Source of the DNA: Somniosus microcephalus
Lineage: Eukaryota
NCBI GenBank assembly: GCA_052327205.1
Contig: CM126204.1
Location: 72,974,001 to 73,038,000, forward strand
Reading direction: 5' to 3'
DNA: 64,000 nucleotides
The notes under the pieces were generated by a model. That model searched no databases. It was given only the letters and a program-made list of their open reading frames with translations, and was not told where the DNA came from. Shown here piece after piece: positions 46,724 through 62,632 of this stretch. Positions within the stretch are counted from its first letter, which is position 1; each line of letters opens with the position of its first letter. The position numbers were made by a program, and so were the translations under genes.

Positions 46724-49189
46724 GTAATGCCTCTTTCCTATTCTACCAAATATTCTTACAACTTTTTTTTGTAATAAAGGCAAAAGATACTCTTATCAGG
46801 ACACACATTTGACAAAGGCCCGATTGTGTACTCTCAGTTTCAACACTAATGGAGCAACTTTGCTTTATTCAGCTTCTAATGAGTTAACTAATGACCCTAA
46901 ATTAGCTGTGGTTATCACTTGACAAAATAAACAGATCAGCTAGTAAGTTGTCCGAAGAACAAGCACTTTAAAAAAAAATCAAACTCCTTTTAAAAGACTT
47001 TCCACAGGTGATGTAAAGAGGTCAGCAACTGTATGGAGCAAACAATCTCAAACTGAACGTTTCCTCAGGAATGCAGGCAATGGTCAGTCCTCTATTACTC
47101 CTTATAGTCATTTCCACTACTTTTAGCAGGAACCAGCTGATTGTTTTCAATTGGATTCACGCAAAATGAAAAATAACTTCAATATTCTAAAAGTGGCTTT
47201 ATCCAGTCACAACCTCCTGTATTTCTGGAAAAAAAATGGAGATGTTTTTGAAGATAAATATTGACTGGACTTGTTCTTCATTGGCATTGTTCTTTTACTA
47301 CTGTTTGTACATTAAGTAGTTATTTATGGTATAACTAAAATTTGGCCAACTTTTTGTAGTTCTAAAAAAAAACCACATTATTCTCCTTTTGTTTAAATGC
47401 TCAGGTTTCCACTAACTCAAGTATATACACTAATTTCAGGTGAATAAAGATCTAAATTACAATGTAAATAACCTTTTTTGGTGGATCATGGGAATTTTTA
47501 AAGATGAAAATGAGCAGTTAATGGTGTGTACAGTAATTAATGACTAGTTAATGATGCATACAGTAATTAATGAAGGTGATGTGAGATTGAAACTTGAAAA
47601 TAATTTTTGAAAAAATCCTTCTAAAACAGTTTTTCTCACAAATAAATGTCATTATTAACAATAATTACCTTCTCCATTTACGTGTTCGTTTGTGTAACTT
47701 CTGTACAAAGTAGTCATATAAATTATGATGAGATAGAATGATCAAAAGAAAAAAAAAGTCGGTTAGATCAAACAGGACCTAGGCTTTGGATAGTTTATGT
47801 GTAGCTTGCGTCATCTATAGAATATCAATTCATTAGAAATCGAGTCATAAGTCTTGTGACTTTTTTGGCATGAAGTATGATTCCTTATCTGAAATTATGG
47901 TTACATTTAAGATGACAGGAATTTTCCATTCTTGCACAACATTCAGAGCTTCACTGAGTACTTGCAGTGCATGTGGTGGCATAATACACAACACAGAGCC
48001 ATTGCAACCAAGCTCCTACTCTCCAGTAATACCTGAATCCATTAGATTACTGCATTTGTGGTAGCGCATCACCATTTAATTTCTAAGAGCATCTACAGGT
48101 AATTAGGTTATAATGGATTCAGTATTTGGTCACTGATTTTGTTTGTTGCTCAGCAGTTCCTACCTCATATGGCATCAATGGCTGCTGTGGTTAATGGTAC
48201 TGGCCTGTTAGATGCACAATCATTGCCCCATATGCTACATTATGCAGACCAATCGCTGTTTCCATTTATGTGGCTGTGAAGACACTTTTACAGCAAGTTA
48301 CAGATTGCATCTAGCCATAAATGTTTCCATAAATGGACCCCAGTAGGTTTTCCTAATTTTTAATATCTTCAATTAAGCAAATATAGAAAAGAGAGAGATC
48401 ATTTTATTCTAAAAGAAAAAAATAAAACTTCTGGACCATATGTCCGGGTTTCTGCTAGCAAAGTTAATGGTCCTCTCTGTTCTAATAAATATTAATACAT
48501 TTTTCCGAATGTTATTCTTTCTTTGTATATGTAAACATTGTTAGGAATTTCAAGCATTATTTTTTATTCCTGAAGTAGAGATTGTACAATTTGTGTCTTC
48601 TGAATGCAAGTTGAATTGTAACCTTTTCAGTTAAGCAGTTGTGCGAAAGGGATGTATGTGTGAATAGATTTCTTTCCCAGATCGGTTGTTTTACACAAGG
48701 TTTTGCATTGAGTGAGGAGTTTTCAGTATTTAGTCTCTTAGTGTTCCACTAATCTGTTATTTAATGAGGAAGCATCGGCTCAGAGAAGGGTAGTCAATAT
48801 AAATCAGTGTTTACAAAGTGTGATTAACTCTGAAATATTTCATCAGAGCTGCTGTCCCAGGTGGATGCGGTGCTAATTACAGGGAGTTGCATATGTTTCT
48901 AGGGGAATGTGATGGACCCTGAGTGCTGCTAACATGAAGTATCAAGGTTACAATTACACTCACTGCCAACCTGCCTTGTCTGCACTAGCAATTTATGCAC
49001 TCTGTGCGATGACCCTCCTCTCCAGAGGACAATAAACAAAATGCATTTTCATTAAGACACTAATGTATTTAACCACAGAGGACCAGAGAAGGTTGGGGAG
49101 GAGGGTAGGGAGGAGAGCAAAGAGAGGGAGGAAGAGTTGGGACTGATTTAAGAAATCAGCAGATATCCAGCTCTGTGTTCTTAAAGTAG

Positions 49190-49387
<198 letters not shown>

Positions 49388-52300
49388 TAATCTCCAAATG
49401 TTTCATTAAGCCTTCTGCAGGCAATGCATTTCGTATTCCTAGAAAGGTAAGGAAAACCTTAAATAAAATGTTTGTTTTTTACAGTACAATGCAAGGTACA
49501 GTATGAATAAATAGTCATATTTCATTGTGATCTATATTGTTTTTAGTAATTTTTATGGAACTAAAATGACAAGCACACAAAATATTAATGCCAATAAATA
49601 TATTGTATATATTGTTGTCAAATCTGCATAGCTAAGTTAAATAAAACATAAAAGTCAATTTTATATTTATTGTATTTTGGTATTTACGTAGCTGACTTTA
49701 GAAGTCCTAACAAACTTATTTCATAACATTCAATGTACTTAAATTGACTTATTTGAGAGCGACATTTTCTGACCTATTGATGCAAGTAATGTATTGTACA
49801 TAAAATTAAAAAATATAAATAATTATGGTCGTAGTCTACAGTGGATTCAATGATTTTGTCAAACTCTAGTTGACCATTTCAACAGCAGAACTTTATGAAA
49901 GCCAAGTATTTGACTTTTTCTTCATGTTTGCTTAAGTAATGAATCAATAAAGAAGCTCCTAATCAAACACTCTTCTTCCAACTCCAAGGTGGAAAGTTCA
50001 ATTTCCAAAGTTTTATTTCAACTTGCTTGTCAATTCCTAGCAGAGTTCACCAGATGGAAGATTACATGAAAACGAGACATTCAATCTTGAGCTTGTGGGG
50101 TGTTTTTGTGGTGGGAAGGAAGGGAACTGATTCAGTCTGGGTTCACCCACCTGAATCACACCTCTTTATCAACCATTCACAAAGCTGTGTTTGTCACATC
50201 CATGTAGAAGTGCAACTACCCCACCTTTCTAAGTATCTGAGAATGCATGGTCTTGAACAGCCAACAAGCGACAGAAAATAGAAAGTGATGGGGGAAGAAA
50301 AACTTTCAATAAAAAACACAATATTAAAATGAATAGTGTGTGGAAATTGGAAGGGCAATGCTTCTAATGTTTATACAGGACTGGTAAAGCTGACTCCTCC
50401 AAGAGGAGCACTCACTCTACTTTGTAATTAAATGTTAATAGTAATGGCTCTTGAAAGAGAGAGGATCCCCTTTATCACCTTCTACTAGACTGCATTTTAA
50501 AACCACCACAAATCAAATCCACATGACCTACCTTTTCAAATGTGGCCATCTTTCACAGAATAAATAAATAAGAAATTGAGCTAATCCACTTCAGGTACCA
50601 CATTGAACAGAAGAGATGGGTCATTTTACAACATAATTCAATTTATTAATGTATCCTGAAATGTTTAATGTCAAGAATTTGCAAAACAAAAATGTTGTGA
50701 TATGCTGACACAGCTAAAGGAACACTGTCATTGTAATGTCATTGTTATACGGATTTCTTCACCAATGTTCTCTCTGTCCTGCCACCAAAAGTGCACTTTA
50801 ATGCAGCTGGTGCTAGTCCAATCTCAAAACTGTCAACATCTGTAAGGCTAATTCCAAAACCGGGTCCTGTGAATTTTGCTTTACAGCAACCGTAGTTTAA
50901 CTGCATTCATCACCAAGCCAAGTTTAATATACAATTTACAACAATTTTCTGTTGATTTATATTCACTTCTTTTCAACCAGTAGAAAATATGATATTAAAT
51001 GCAGGAGACAGGTAACTTGCATTCAACAAAACTTTGCAACTCCCCCCCCCCCCACCTTCCTTTTCTTCTTGCCCATCTCTGAATAAAAAAGTAATCAGGC
51101 AGTATAATTGGGTGCTTTTCACTTGCACCATACACATATGGTGCCAGTACTGTACCAGCAAGTGCAGAATAACCCCAGTGGCATTGTCTTCAGAACTGTT
51201 ACTGGTCTAATGCAATATGTTCAATACACAATGTAGAATATCCTTTTTTTTTGCAAAAATAAAACTTTTCTGTAGTGGAATCCGCAGCTTCTGTTCTCAC
51301 AGAAATGCAGTATAGTAACACCTTTGGTATCTATTGTTTCTTCACGTCTGCCAAGATGTACATCTGCTGTTACAGCAGCATCCCATTATGCAGGCCTGTT
51401 TTAAATGTTTTAACATTTGCTTATGTGCAAGAGTTTAGATGACAGCTCAGTAATTGATAAGGGAAGTTGGAGACAGGCCTGACGGATGTTGTGCTGGTTT
51501 TGATATGGCATCTTTCCCCATGAGCCTTCAGACAAATAGCAGCCTTTTGTTCTACCCCCAGCCACCCATATACACATATATCAATATGGCACTCCCATTT
51601 GTTGTGATGTGGCTGAATTTGATATCGGGGTCCTTCCTTACACTTGAATTACTGCTTCAAATAGGCAATTAGAGTGCCTACAATGGAAACCTTGAAAACT
51701 CTGTAGCCTAATGAAGCACAAATTTGAATGCAGAACATGAAGGTATTCGAAGTTGGTGTTGCCCTCTGGGAAGATGAGTGCCGTTTGGGAGCAATCATAC
51801 TGCTAGGTTACTCCTCCTATATTTTTATCTTTTTCCCCATATGAACTGCTTTTAGATTTAGGTTTTGTTCTACTGCAACACGGAAGAGAATCTGCATTAT
51901 TTTGTCATGTTGATGCCAGCACGTGTTTTCGCAGTGGCTGCTCGTTCATTTGCCGGTGTTTGAATCTGTTGTTTGATTGAAGAACTGTTGTGTTCCTTTT
52001 TAATATTTATCTACAGTTCCTTCCTCGCCCCATCTGCTAGTGGAGAGTAGTTGTGGATCAGCTCGTCTGCAGGTACAGGTTTCACAAGAGGTAACTACAG
52101 CCTGGCTGCCAAAGCAAGCCCACTGAGAGCAGCTGTCTAGTCTCCCCCTCTTGCACTTTACCCTCCGTGGGCCCTCCGAATCTTCCTGGCTGGAGGCATA
52201 AATCATCGTCTTGTCACTAGCTCTTGGTTTTTGTATTATGCAATGCCTAAATTCATATGGAGCTGCTGGAACATGAAGATAGATAATGACTAACATAAAA

Positions 52301-52554
52301 AGGTTTCTGCTTTTGCATTTTAACAATATTACTTTTTGTTTTGCAGTAAAACCTCCAGTAAGGTACAGTATTAGAATTACTGAAGCTAATTTAGGCAATA
52401 TATGTTCATTTACTAATTAGTACTTATCACCTATTAATACACTATTGTGAGTCCAGACCACATTACTCAATGACTGTTAATATAACTGTCTGCCCGTATA
52501 GTTGTTTGGTACAAGTTGGTATTTTTGAGAGAATTGATGCACTTTGGTCATTTT

Positions 52555-53168
52555 AGTGGCGAATTTCATCCTACCCACCTGGCGAGCAGGCAGTTAAAAT
52601 TGGCTGGTGACTTACCCGCCAATGTCCTGCACCGTTCCCGCTGTCCTATTTTAACCTGCTCTTCTGATCAGGTGGCAAAGACGCTCCCCTGAAGCTGGTG
52701 AGACCTTCTATTAATATGCAGATCGGACTCCGATGATGTCATCGGGCGCTGATTGCAATTTTAACTCTGGCCTGAGTGGGAAAGCCGTTGTGGGAAAGCC
52801 GTTGTGGCTTTCCCACTAGGTGAAGACAGCGGGAAGAGTATCCGGAGCCCAAATAGGTACCTTTTTTACTTTCTGTGCAGGTCCAGGAGAAGCAGGAGCA
52901 GTTAAGGCCTTTCCTGCCCTGGGATTCCCCGCTTCCCTCCCACAGAACCCTCCCGAATCCTCCTCACCGCAACTTACCTTGTTGCCGGCGACCTTTCCTT
53001 TGTTGCCAGCTGGCAAGCTCCTGACGCCCAAATTTCCGCTTAGGACGGGCATGTAGATGAGGCCCAGGAGAGAAAGTCACCAGGCCTTATGTTGCCAAGG
53101 TCAGTGGGGTTTGGCACTCACCTCGCACCCCGCCCATCTGATTCTCGCTCCTGGCTAAAATCGGGGCT
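52555..53168. mobile_element. Decayed GC-rich MITE-like element
   Basis: Sharp GC-rich island with weak inverted termini. Internal palindromes CCGATGATGTCATCGG and AGTGGGAAAGCC/GGCTTTCCCACT, plus TTAATATGCA and ACTTACC motifs shared with other MITEs here. Confidence 0.6.
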
Positions 53169-56100
53169 ATTGTGTCTGTGGTCATAGAAAGGTTAGTTTT
53201 GAGTATTAGACCATTTTTTATGCTCCCATCAGTTGGAGCGTGATGTTACTTACATTAGTGAAACAGAGCAGTAATGACGCTTCATTTGAAAATGCAGCTG
53301 ATGTAGTCGCCCATGTACAATACTTTAAAGAATGAATGCCACTCTCAGTTGAGCTTATTGTAAACTATACGTCTATATTTGATTACTTTTTCATTGTGCT
53401 TCTGCATTACCAAACATGGCACAATCTCCATTTCACTAAAATGACATTTCAAGCTATACTTTAGAAATTTCTAGGAAGCAGGGACCCTAAAATCTCATTT
53501 TAATTTAAAAAGGCACCAGCCATGAATAGCTTCTGACTAAACCAATTTGCGTAGTAAAATTCCCACATAGAGGTACTGCAATTACAAATTGATGAAGAAG
53601 TAACTGATGTAATATTCCCGGTCAACCTTTACTTCATCTTTTAGAAAGGTCTTTTTTAAAATGTTTAAGTTCGCTCACATATATAGGTTCATTACCATTC
53701 ACTTACACACGATGTGTACATCTATTTTTTGTTCTCATCAATTTTATTGGAAAGCACGATTGGCTTTATGGAACTCCAAATTCAAAATGTAAATAAGTTT
53801 TTAATAAGAATTTTTTAATTCTCATTCTCTGACATTTACCTGTTAATTTGACAGAAGCTTTCTGTAATAACAAGCTGCTGGCCTTTAGCATTTCTGGTAG
53901 ACAAAAACAAAAGGGAAAAAAAACCCAACAAATGCTACCACATACTTTATCATATTGGACAAAAGGAAGATTTTTTTTATACCATTCCAAAGTTGTAAAG
54001 TAAGTCCCCATAGATTTTCTATTGATCAGGTAAGCATTTCCTGAACATGTTGTACTGTCAGGAGCTAATGGTGATTTTTGTCAAGTGTTGCCTTCTGGGA
54101 GCTTGAATACAATTAAGGGGTAAGTGTTGGTGAATATTTTCGTACCCTTTGGAGGGTCTCCAGGGAGGAACTAGCGAGGGACACGAGACATTTCCAGCTG
54201 TACCACACTCTCCACAAGTAGTATTTTTTTCAAAAGGAAGAAAAAAAAACGAACCTGCTTCTGACTGGCTGCCTTCCAAAACAGCATCCTCATTTGAATG
54301 CAGAAATGGAGAATTAATCCCTTCATGCAATTTCCCTGCCTGAAGATATTTTTATATTTTGTGTCAAATGTGAAATAAGTTGATTATATCCTTAGAACAT
54401 TTGTCTTTTGAACTTGCACAGGGTTGAAATCCATTTCCTTGACTGCCTCATTTTATTGAAATAGATCCATTGCTTTAAAGTTCTTAAATTTCCTAAACTA
54501 ATCATTTGCAGAATAAGCATTTCATTCAGTCCAAATTTGCAGCTATTTAGATACACGATTTAGGAATCCTACTGTTGATTAACAACCAACGTAGACCAAC
54601 AAGCGTATTTCCCTATTTGGATAGCATCAATGCTTGTTCTCTTGGCCCCAAACCTATTCTTTTTTTGTTTACTAGCATTTAGAAAGTCACCTACATTAAT
54701 CAGTACGGATGAAGGTTGAATGGAACTATCACGGGCGAGAGGCAATGAACATATATGGCAGCTATCACATTTTTAACTGAATTTTGTAATTGCCGTAGCC
54801 ACCATCCATTCACCAGATTATAAAACAGTCCATTAGATTCTGAATGTATCTTGGTGACAGATGGACAGAAGGTTCTCCAATTCTATCCTGTTTACTTACA
54901 TTTATGTAGATTGTCGCTTCTGGTTCATGAACCCATGACAAACAGAGCATTGTAAATAAAGCTCAGAATTACATTTGTATTGATTCCCTGTTAATCTTAA
55001 GAGATTTTTCTTCCTGTTAATATCAGTATTTTCAAAAAATTTTAAGCCTGGTGACATATATATTTGTTAAAAGGTGTAAAGTTTTTTCTTTCTTAATATG
55101 TTGCGGTTCCTATATTGATAATTTCCAAAGAGACAGAACTTTTATTTTCAGTGGAAGATTATCTAGCAGCAGGCTAAACCTTTAAAAATAATGCCCTCTA
55201 ATTAACTTTGAATAGGCAAAGTGATGCATTAGATTGGATTTTTATAAACACACCTAAATTTTCTGCATTTGAGTTTGGATATACAAATGATAATTCTAGT
55301 CTTTTTGTTACTGATGGATTGTTACTCCAGCATTTTTTACCATTTAAAAAAAATCAACCACTTTAATAATAATTAATTTACCATGCAGTAATAAATTCAA
55401 GAGAAGCATCTGAGGCAATCCTCAAATAGCTTTAAGATTCTTAATTTAGATCTGTTTTAACCAAGCTCATTTTACCCTTCAATTCTACTATTTTTTTCTG
55501 CAAATTCAGTTAAAGAAACTGCAAATGTTAAGTTAATGAACCAGTTTCATCTTCAATTACATAAACATTGTTTCCTGAAATGGTCAAATCCAAAAGTGTG
55601 GCTCAGGTAGCTATTATTCACCTGTTATATGTTCAGATAGTTACTATAGCAAACATGGTAAGTATATAATATTGAGTGATAATTCAAAATCCAGTATATT
55701 CAAAACTATAAATATTATCACAGACTTATGCCACTTATAACTAAAGTGCAAGTTATCACAAATCTTATGCCTTCACATTCAGGTATTTATTTATATTATT
55801 TGCCTTTTAAACAGTACCTTTTTACATACACAAGCACGCTACACATATGCACACTTCTTTGAGTACTGAAGCCACTCAAAGTCTGAACTGATTTGTGAAA
55901 GTGAAGCAGTCATGTCAATTCCTAAAATATTCACCTAAGCCCCACAAGCTGTTTAAATGTCTAATTTGGGCTATATTTGGGAGTTGCTAAAGTGTGGAGA
56001 TAAGATTAATCATACACAAGCAAGTGACAGCTATGGCTAAGATCTCTAGTTCTGCATTCCTAGTGTCAAAATGTTGTCACAAGACACAAATGGAATGTGG

Positions 56101-59100
56101 TGATCTCGGAATGGTAGTCTTAATATTGGCTGTGGTTAAACCCAGTGTATGATAGTTTGATGCCAATACTCTGATAAACTCTGGGAAAAAAATGTTCATT
56201 AAAGAAGCAATAACTCTTTTGGCTTGTATTGCACTAATGCCAACTATTCAATCCAGACAGAATTTTCTTCTACGATAGCACAATATTTTCCTACACATAC
56301 ATATTTGTTTTATAACTACAAAAGCAAAGACAATATTTTACCTTTTTTTCCCCTGAGAATTGTATAGAGGCCAACTGTCCCTTATGCTGTTTGTTATTAC
56401 ACATCAGTTTTACTCAGTATCAACTGCAACATACCCCACATAGTTTCTCAAGTAACCTTTTAAGAAGCCAGGATTACTAAGTGTAACAGTGAGAAAGCTG
56501 AAAAGCAGATAAATGGGACATGAGTTAATAAGATTTTGATGGCTGCAATTTAGTCAAATAGGCTGCAGGAAAATGCTATACTTTATTGCTTCATACAATA
56601 GCTTGTTAGCACAACATAGTCTTCCTTTCCTCTTAAAGTATTAACAACTGCAAATGCCTGCAATGCACTCTTGACATCAGCCTGACCGTAAGTCTCGTGG
56701 CATGCTCACCAGGGATGAGTAGTAGTTGTTGGCATAGCAAACTGTGTTTGTGACCTCTTAGCACTCCAGACAGCTGTTAAGACCCTGCCTTTAATAGGCA
56801 AGGTTAGCAGGGTGCAGGCCTCTTCTCAGTGCACTGACCAGGGCCCCTATTGCATAAAGGGGAGAACAAAAGACTGATGACAGCTCCTGATGTCTGGGCA
56901 TTTCAGAAGCTGACTCAAAAGTTCATCGTGATAGACTGGATTAGTGCACATTACAGCACCATTTGCCAAATATGGATGCAGTATCCTACTAGCCTTTCTA
57001 CACATGTTAGGTTATCCATCATGCAAACTACACTAGCTGCACGTGGAAAGGACGTTTCTTCCTGTACAGTTATTTTAGCTGCCGTAATAAATCTAGCCAT
57101 TAGAATTTAAAGTCACTGTTACTCACAGCAGCCCTATTTCTTTTGCATCTGCATTCTACTTGTATTGCCTGGGCAAGATCATCACAATTACCCAGATCAA
57201 AATCCAACTTAAGAAAAAAAGGGGAAAAAAGTCAAGGAAAGAAAAACTGCTTTTAACAGAGTTAAGGTGCTTCAAATCTATTTCAAAATGAGGCAAGGTG
57301 ACAGCTGGTCATGGAAATTAGGACCCTCCCACTAGAATTACTGGTGATTAGAAATTTCAAAAAGCTGGGTAGTATACAGATACGTAATAATTTATAAAAT
57401 GCCATTTTATTAAACCCAGTCGAATTATTAACATCGTTGAACAGCAAAGTACTTAACGTTAGCATTTTGCATCAGTTTAGTACATTGCATCTTATTGGGG
57501 AATTCTGCAACTGTTCCTGTATTCAAACCAAGAAGAAAAAAAGATGTCACAGAGGGTCACAAATTATGTTCAGGTTTGACAGATTGTAGCCTTGCTTTAC
57601 AAGAGCAGTAACATCTCATTTGTCACAGTTTGATCAGTAAGTGCGTGAATGCAAGCGGAAGGCTTTCCATCTCCGCACCAATTTAATAGTTCTGAGGCTG
57701 TCACCGGGCTAGAGCCACCTGCCCAAGAATTGCAACACTGATCTGTTTTAATTTAATCGGCCGTCAATCGGAATGAAATCATAAATCGTCTCCTTTGATT
57801 CCTCTGGCAGTATATTTTTTTCAGTGATATTCTAGCGTTAGAAAAAGCATTTTTTTTGAAGGCCTATGTAGGCAGTATTTAATACCCCTGAAAAATCAAA
57901 ACCTAGTGGACACACCATTGGGATTCTCACACTTTAGACTTGTCTTATTGTTAGTGCTTCACTAACCGATGAAAGTAGTGTCTGACATAGACTGTGGCAA
58001 TTGCGTGGAATTTCCTGAAAAGTGTGAGATGTAAACCGGTTACGTAGATTGTTTTTTGGGGTTTTTTTTTTTGACAAGTAGGATGAACAGCTCTTGCGTA
58101 TTAAAGAAACCTACCATTTTTGAATTGGCAAATTTGAACAACAAAATAATCTGTGGTACTTGGAGTACAGTACTGACCAACTTGGTCACCGCACCAGATA
58201 AGATAAATGCAACCAAAAGCAGATTTTCCCCTCCCCCATGATGAAAATAACAAATGACAGCACATGCCCTGAAGGAGGCTACTGTCTCTTTAAGTGAGTT
58301 TACTAAATGCATTTCAGTTTTGAGAGTAAATGGAGTTAGTCTATTGTACATGTTTAATTCCCTATTAGTCCCCAGTGTTTACTGCTGTGGCCAAGCTGGG
58401 GCACCTGTAAATTGGGTTAAATACAACACATTGTCTAAACATATCACAGTTACAATCATTCACCTCGAATGGTGATAAGAAACCTCTTGTATTATTGAAT
58501 CTACAATGGGGAGGCTCTGCAGGCGCAGAGATAACAGCTAGTTATTTCTCCTTAAGTAGAAAGAAAAACAGTGGCTTGAGCTTGCTGTTATGACTGTGAC
58601 ATTAATTATAACCCACTGAATTGTTTTATGCTGCTGGAGTGGTTTTGAGATTAAGCTCGCCCTCCAAGCTCCTGTGCATATGGCTCTGATTAAAAATATT
58701 TGTCATTCAAGAAAACTTTCATTTTCAAGCGGAGATGATGTATTTATTTTTCTCTGTGTAATCTTGCAGGTTTAATTAGTGGCACGCCAGAAAAACAGAT
58801 TGGAATTATTTCAGCCTAGCAATTAAAATGGAATGCTAAGTGAAAGCTATTTCAGGTCCCCTATAGGGATTTAATGTTAACAATGTGTACTTTTTCTTTG
58901 GTGAATCCTTGATAAGCAGGAGGGCTAGACAGCTTTCATTATCATCAGAAGCACTTCATGGTCATTCTTTAGTGTTTGAAAGGGATATTTGTTCATTGTA
59001 AATGGTCAATTTTTTTCAGGCTTTTGAAATATAATTTACAATTTTTAATTTGATTCAATTTGATTAAATCATTAATTAGCTTGGAGTTAATTTTCTGGAA

Positions 59101-62100
59101 AATAAACTGAGCAGTAAGGGTTAGCTTTATTAAGTTTACTGTGAGCGAGGTATAAGTAGCAGAAAATAAGCTGACACAAACACAGGCAGACATGTTGTTA
59201 AACTTGGTGACTACTAAATATAGCATTTTCTGTCATTGCCTCTGTAGCCACCCATCCTAGAAAGACGCCAGATGGTGTCATTGTGGTAGTGCGCAGTGGA
59301 TACAGGATATATTGAGTGACATCACAACAGTAGTGTGCAATGAATAAGATTGTATTGTCAATACTTTGTTTTCCGTAAGAATACTGAGTTAGCTCTCTAG
59401 TGGTCTAACATATTGTACAGTATTTGGTAGCTATTTAGGAGTTAGGAGTAGGTTACTTTACTGGTTTGTATTCAAAAAGTGGTTATATTAAATTAATGTA
59501 ATATCAGTGACCCAGTGCACGGTGACACCAATAATATGCTTTACTAGTAGCTGTGAATACTGATTCTTTTTACCCTTAAATACATGCTTACAAAGCAGAA
59601 ATTTGTGATGTACCCAAGCTTCCTGCTTGACGATAGCTGTTGTAACCAATTTTGAAGTATTTCCTCCTCTTGAAAATGCACAGTTTAAATTCTGAAAAGG
59701 GTTACAACAAACTCACTGTGTTGGATTATACTGTCGATATTGCTATCTGTACAAACTGTTACCTCAACCGATCACCTCCCGAGCAGGACAGTCATGCCTC
59801 TTTAATACCATAATCAGACTGCCACTACCAGTATCAGATCAGTAGCTGCTGTTTAGATTTTAACTAGCTAGCATATACAGAGAACTGCCTGGCTGAAACC
59901 TCAATTCTGCTGCCCAGGATAGAGCTCTGCGCACGCATTCATATACAAGCTGCCTTGTACCAATGTTGAAGTTGGAGTGGTAATGCACCCTAAGCTTTGT
60001 ATTTAATGCACAATTTCTCTGTTGTAATTCCATTTGCTGTATGCAAGCGTTGAAAATAATTGCTCACAAACTGCCATTTTATATAGTCTGGCAAAACCCA
60101 ATATGGACATGGAAAGAATTATTGACTAGCGTGTTTTTTTTCCTGAGATGCTACGCAAGTAATGAAAAGAAGCATTTTGAATCCATGTCGAGTTCATAAA
60201 GAATCATATTGAAAGATTAACATTCCAAAGGCTATTTCTATGTTAATTCTGAAAGTGCTATTTAAACAGAAGAGTGACAGCAGAATAAGCTCTGGATAAT
60301 CATTTTGTACAGCTCTTTATCCAATTCACTTTAGCTCTAATGGTGTCTGTGTCCACACAGACACTTAAAATTTATACACTCGCCTTCTTCTCTCCCAACC
60401 CCTCCCCAAAACAAAAAGTTAAACAGAAGTTACAGCTGCTGCTCACATATTAGGCCTTCTAGCTTTTCAGCATTTATTCTATTGTTGAAGTCATTGGAAA
60501 TATGACATGTTCTACATTGGGAATATTAGAACTCAGAGTTTTTGCAGGATAATTTGTAGCCAGTGAGTACATTTCTGTTTAATGCTACCCATCCATACAT
60601 TAAAAGGACAGTGTTGCTGTAACAAAATTAGTAAGTATTGATTGGGGAAGACGTATTGAGAATAATGGCCACAGCAACCTCATGGTCTAGTGATAAGAAT
60701 TCAGAGGTTGCAGGTTAGAGCCCAAGGGCTACCTGACACTGGAATCTGCCAGCCCTCGAGTGTGATGCATTTTGTCCGTCTCTATCAGGGCTACCAGAAA
60801 GAAAGCCTCACAATGTCTTAAAGGGGAGGCAATATACACATTATCCTAATCTGCCCATTTTCAAACACTTCTTCTGCTGTCTTACGATGAAGTGGGATTA
60901 GATCCGACTTTCATTTAGTTTGCTAGTAGAAAGAGGCAGGAGCCCATGAGGGGAAAGTTCAGAAAAGGCTGAGAAAAATTTAACTGGAGAGAGGAGAGAC
61001 AATACTATATTCAAATAGAATTACAGCTTTTAAACAGCTTTATACAGATGCTTAACAATTTAAAGAAAAAATAGCAATTGTCCCTCAATATATTTTCTCC
61101 AATTGGATAGCAGGAAAGAGGTAATGATATAATGCTACAATGCTACTGTGAGTAGGTAAACTTTCAGTGAAAAAGTACTAATGCTGTATGGAAACAACCA
61201 ATCCTGAATAATCAATCAGAAAAAATTAGGCAAACCAGCAAAATAGTTCAGAATATTTTTTGAGCATTCTTTCAGCCACCATCTTATTTTCTCCATGAGC
61301 CCGAATACTTACTAATGCAAATAAGATTTATAACATATTAAAGTTGTACATTTCTGTGTTGAAATGCCTCTAAACAATATTTCTATTGAAGGCCTGTACC
61401 TGCCTCAGAAGCCTTAATTGTTTCATATTACTAGTCTATCTCCCATAGCCTTGGGGAGTCAAGTGGGGATGAGGGCGGGAGATAATTGGACTCGGGCACC
61501 CAGACAAAATCCAGTCCCCATTTTAAAGTGATGCATTCTGTCCTGTTTTTTTAATTAATACTATCATTTTGTATTATTATTTATATTAAGTAGCAAAACT
61601 GATGGCAATTTGGGTAGAGAAGCAGAGTTGGTTGGAGCATAGGAGTTTATTTGCAGTACAGGCTGAGGGGCGAACAAATGCAAGACTGAGGCAGGAAAGT
61701 ATAATTAAGGAGTGATGAGGTTACATAGGCAGTTTCCATTGTAAATGTGGAGATAGGAACTTATGATGGAAACAGTCGGCACAAAAGCATGACAATAGAA
61801 AGGAGGATTTTGCAGACAGGAACTGCATACAGAGACAAGATTAATATATTGTGTAGATACCTGTGACTTATTGCCAATTTGATATTTTACCTTGCAGTGT
61901 TGGGCTGGTTTGATCTGTGGCCAAATAAAAGTAATTGTTTTACCCACATTCAGCTGGCTCCTGCCTATAAGAGTGAGGTTGCGCTTGCAACAGTGAGCAA
62001 TACTACAGGAGATCTGCTAGTTTGTCTGTACTTAGTTAATTTATTTGTATTTCATTTATTTATATAAGATTTTGTCTGTAAAATTACAGTCAAATTGAAT

Positions 62101-62632
62101 AAAGGAAGAAAACAGAGACCATCAGAAAGGCAAAAAATAACCGACACTTTGAAATTTGATTCAAATGAGATTTTTCATGGTCATTTATCTGGTAAAACTA
62201 TAGCTGAAATCCTCCTGACAGCTGAAATCTGAAACAGACTTGATGTTTATTGGGGTGAGAAGAGGTGATCAACTGACTATATATATTAATCGATTACAAG
62301 TTTAATTGACTAATGATCATCCACTTGATTAAAGGTTTGGCTGTCATGTTTGTTTATTCTATTGATATTCATTGTGTTTCACAATTAATCAGTGGTATAA
62401 ATTGAAATAATTGCACTCTTCATTAGTATTAATTGAACCTCTTCGTGCGTGTTGAAAATTATTAACCCTTACCCTGCTGAACAGAAATAAATCTGCGACA
62501 CATTCTCTGAGGTGTAAAGAACTCCATGAATTAAAGAAAAATTGTGGTCTTATTCCACCTAGAAGACTAATTCAGCTTTTGATCAAAATGTGAGTAGAAG
62601 GTAAAATTAGTGATTTCTATCCCCCCAAAATT

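Noticed and set aside
46724-46812. C-terminal extension of the ORF-track protein ([10 protein letters not shown]...)
   Set aside because: This is read-through into intron 2 past the GT donor at 46724. The true frame continues in exon 3.
60668-60730. A-box/B-box-like pair (TGGTCTAGTG...GGTTAGAGCCC)
   Set aside because: Too degenerate for a cloverleaf. At most an ancient SINE head.
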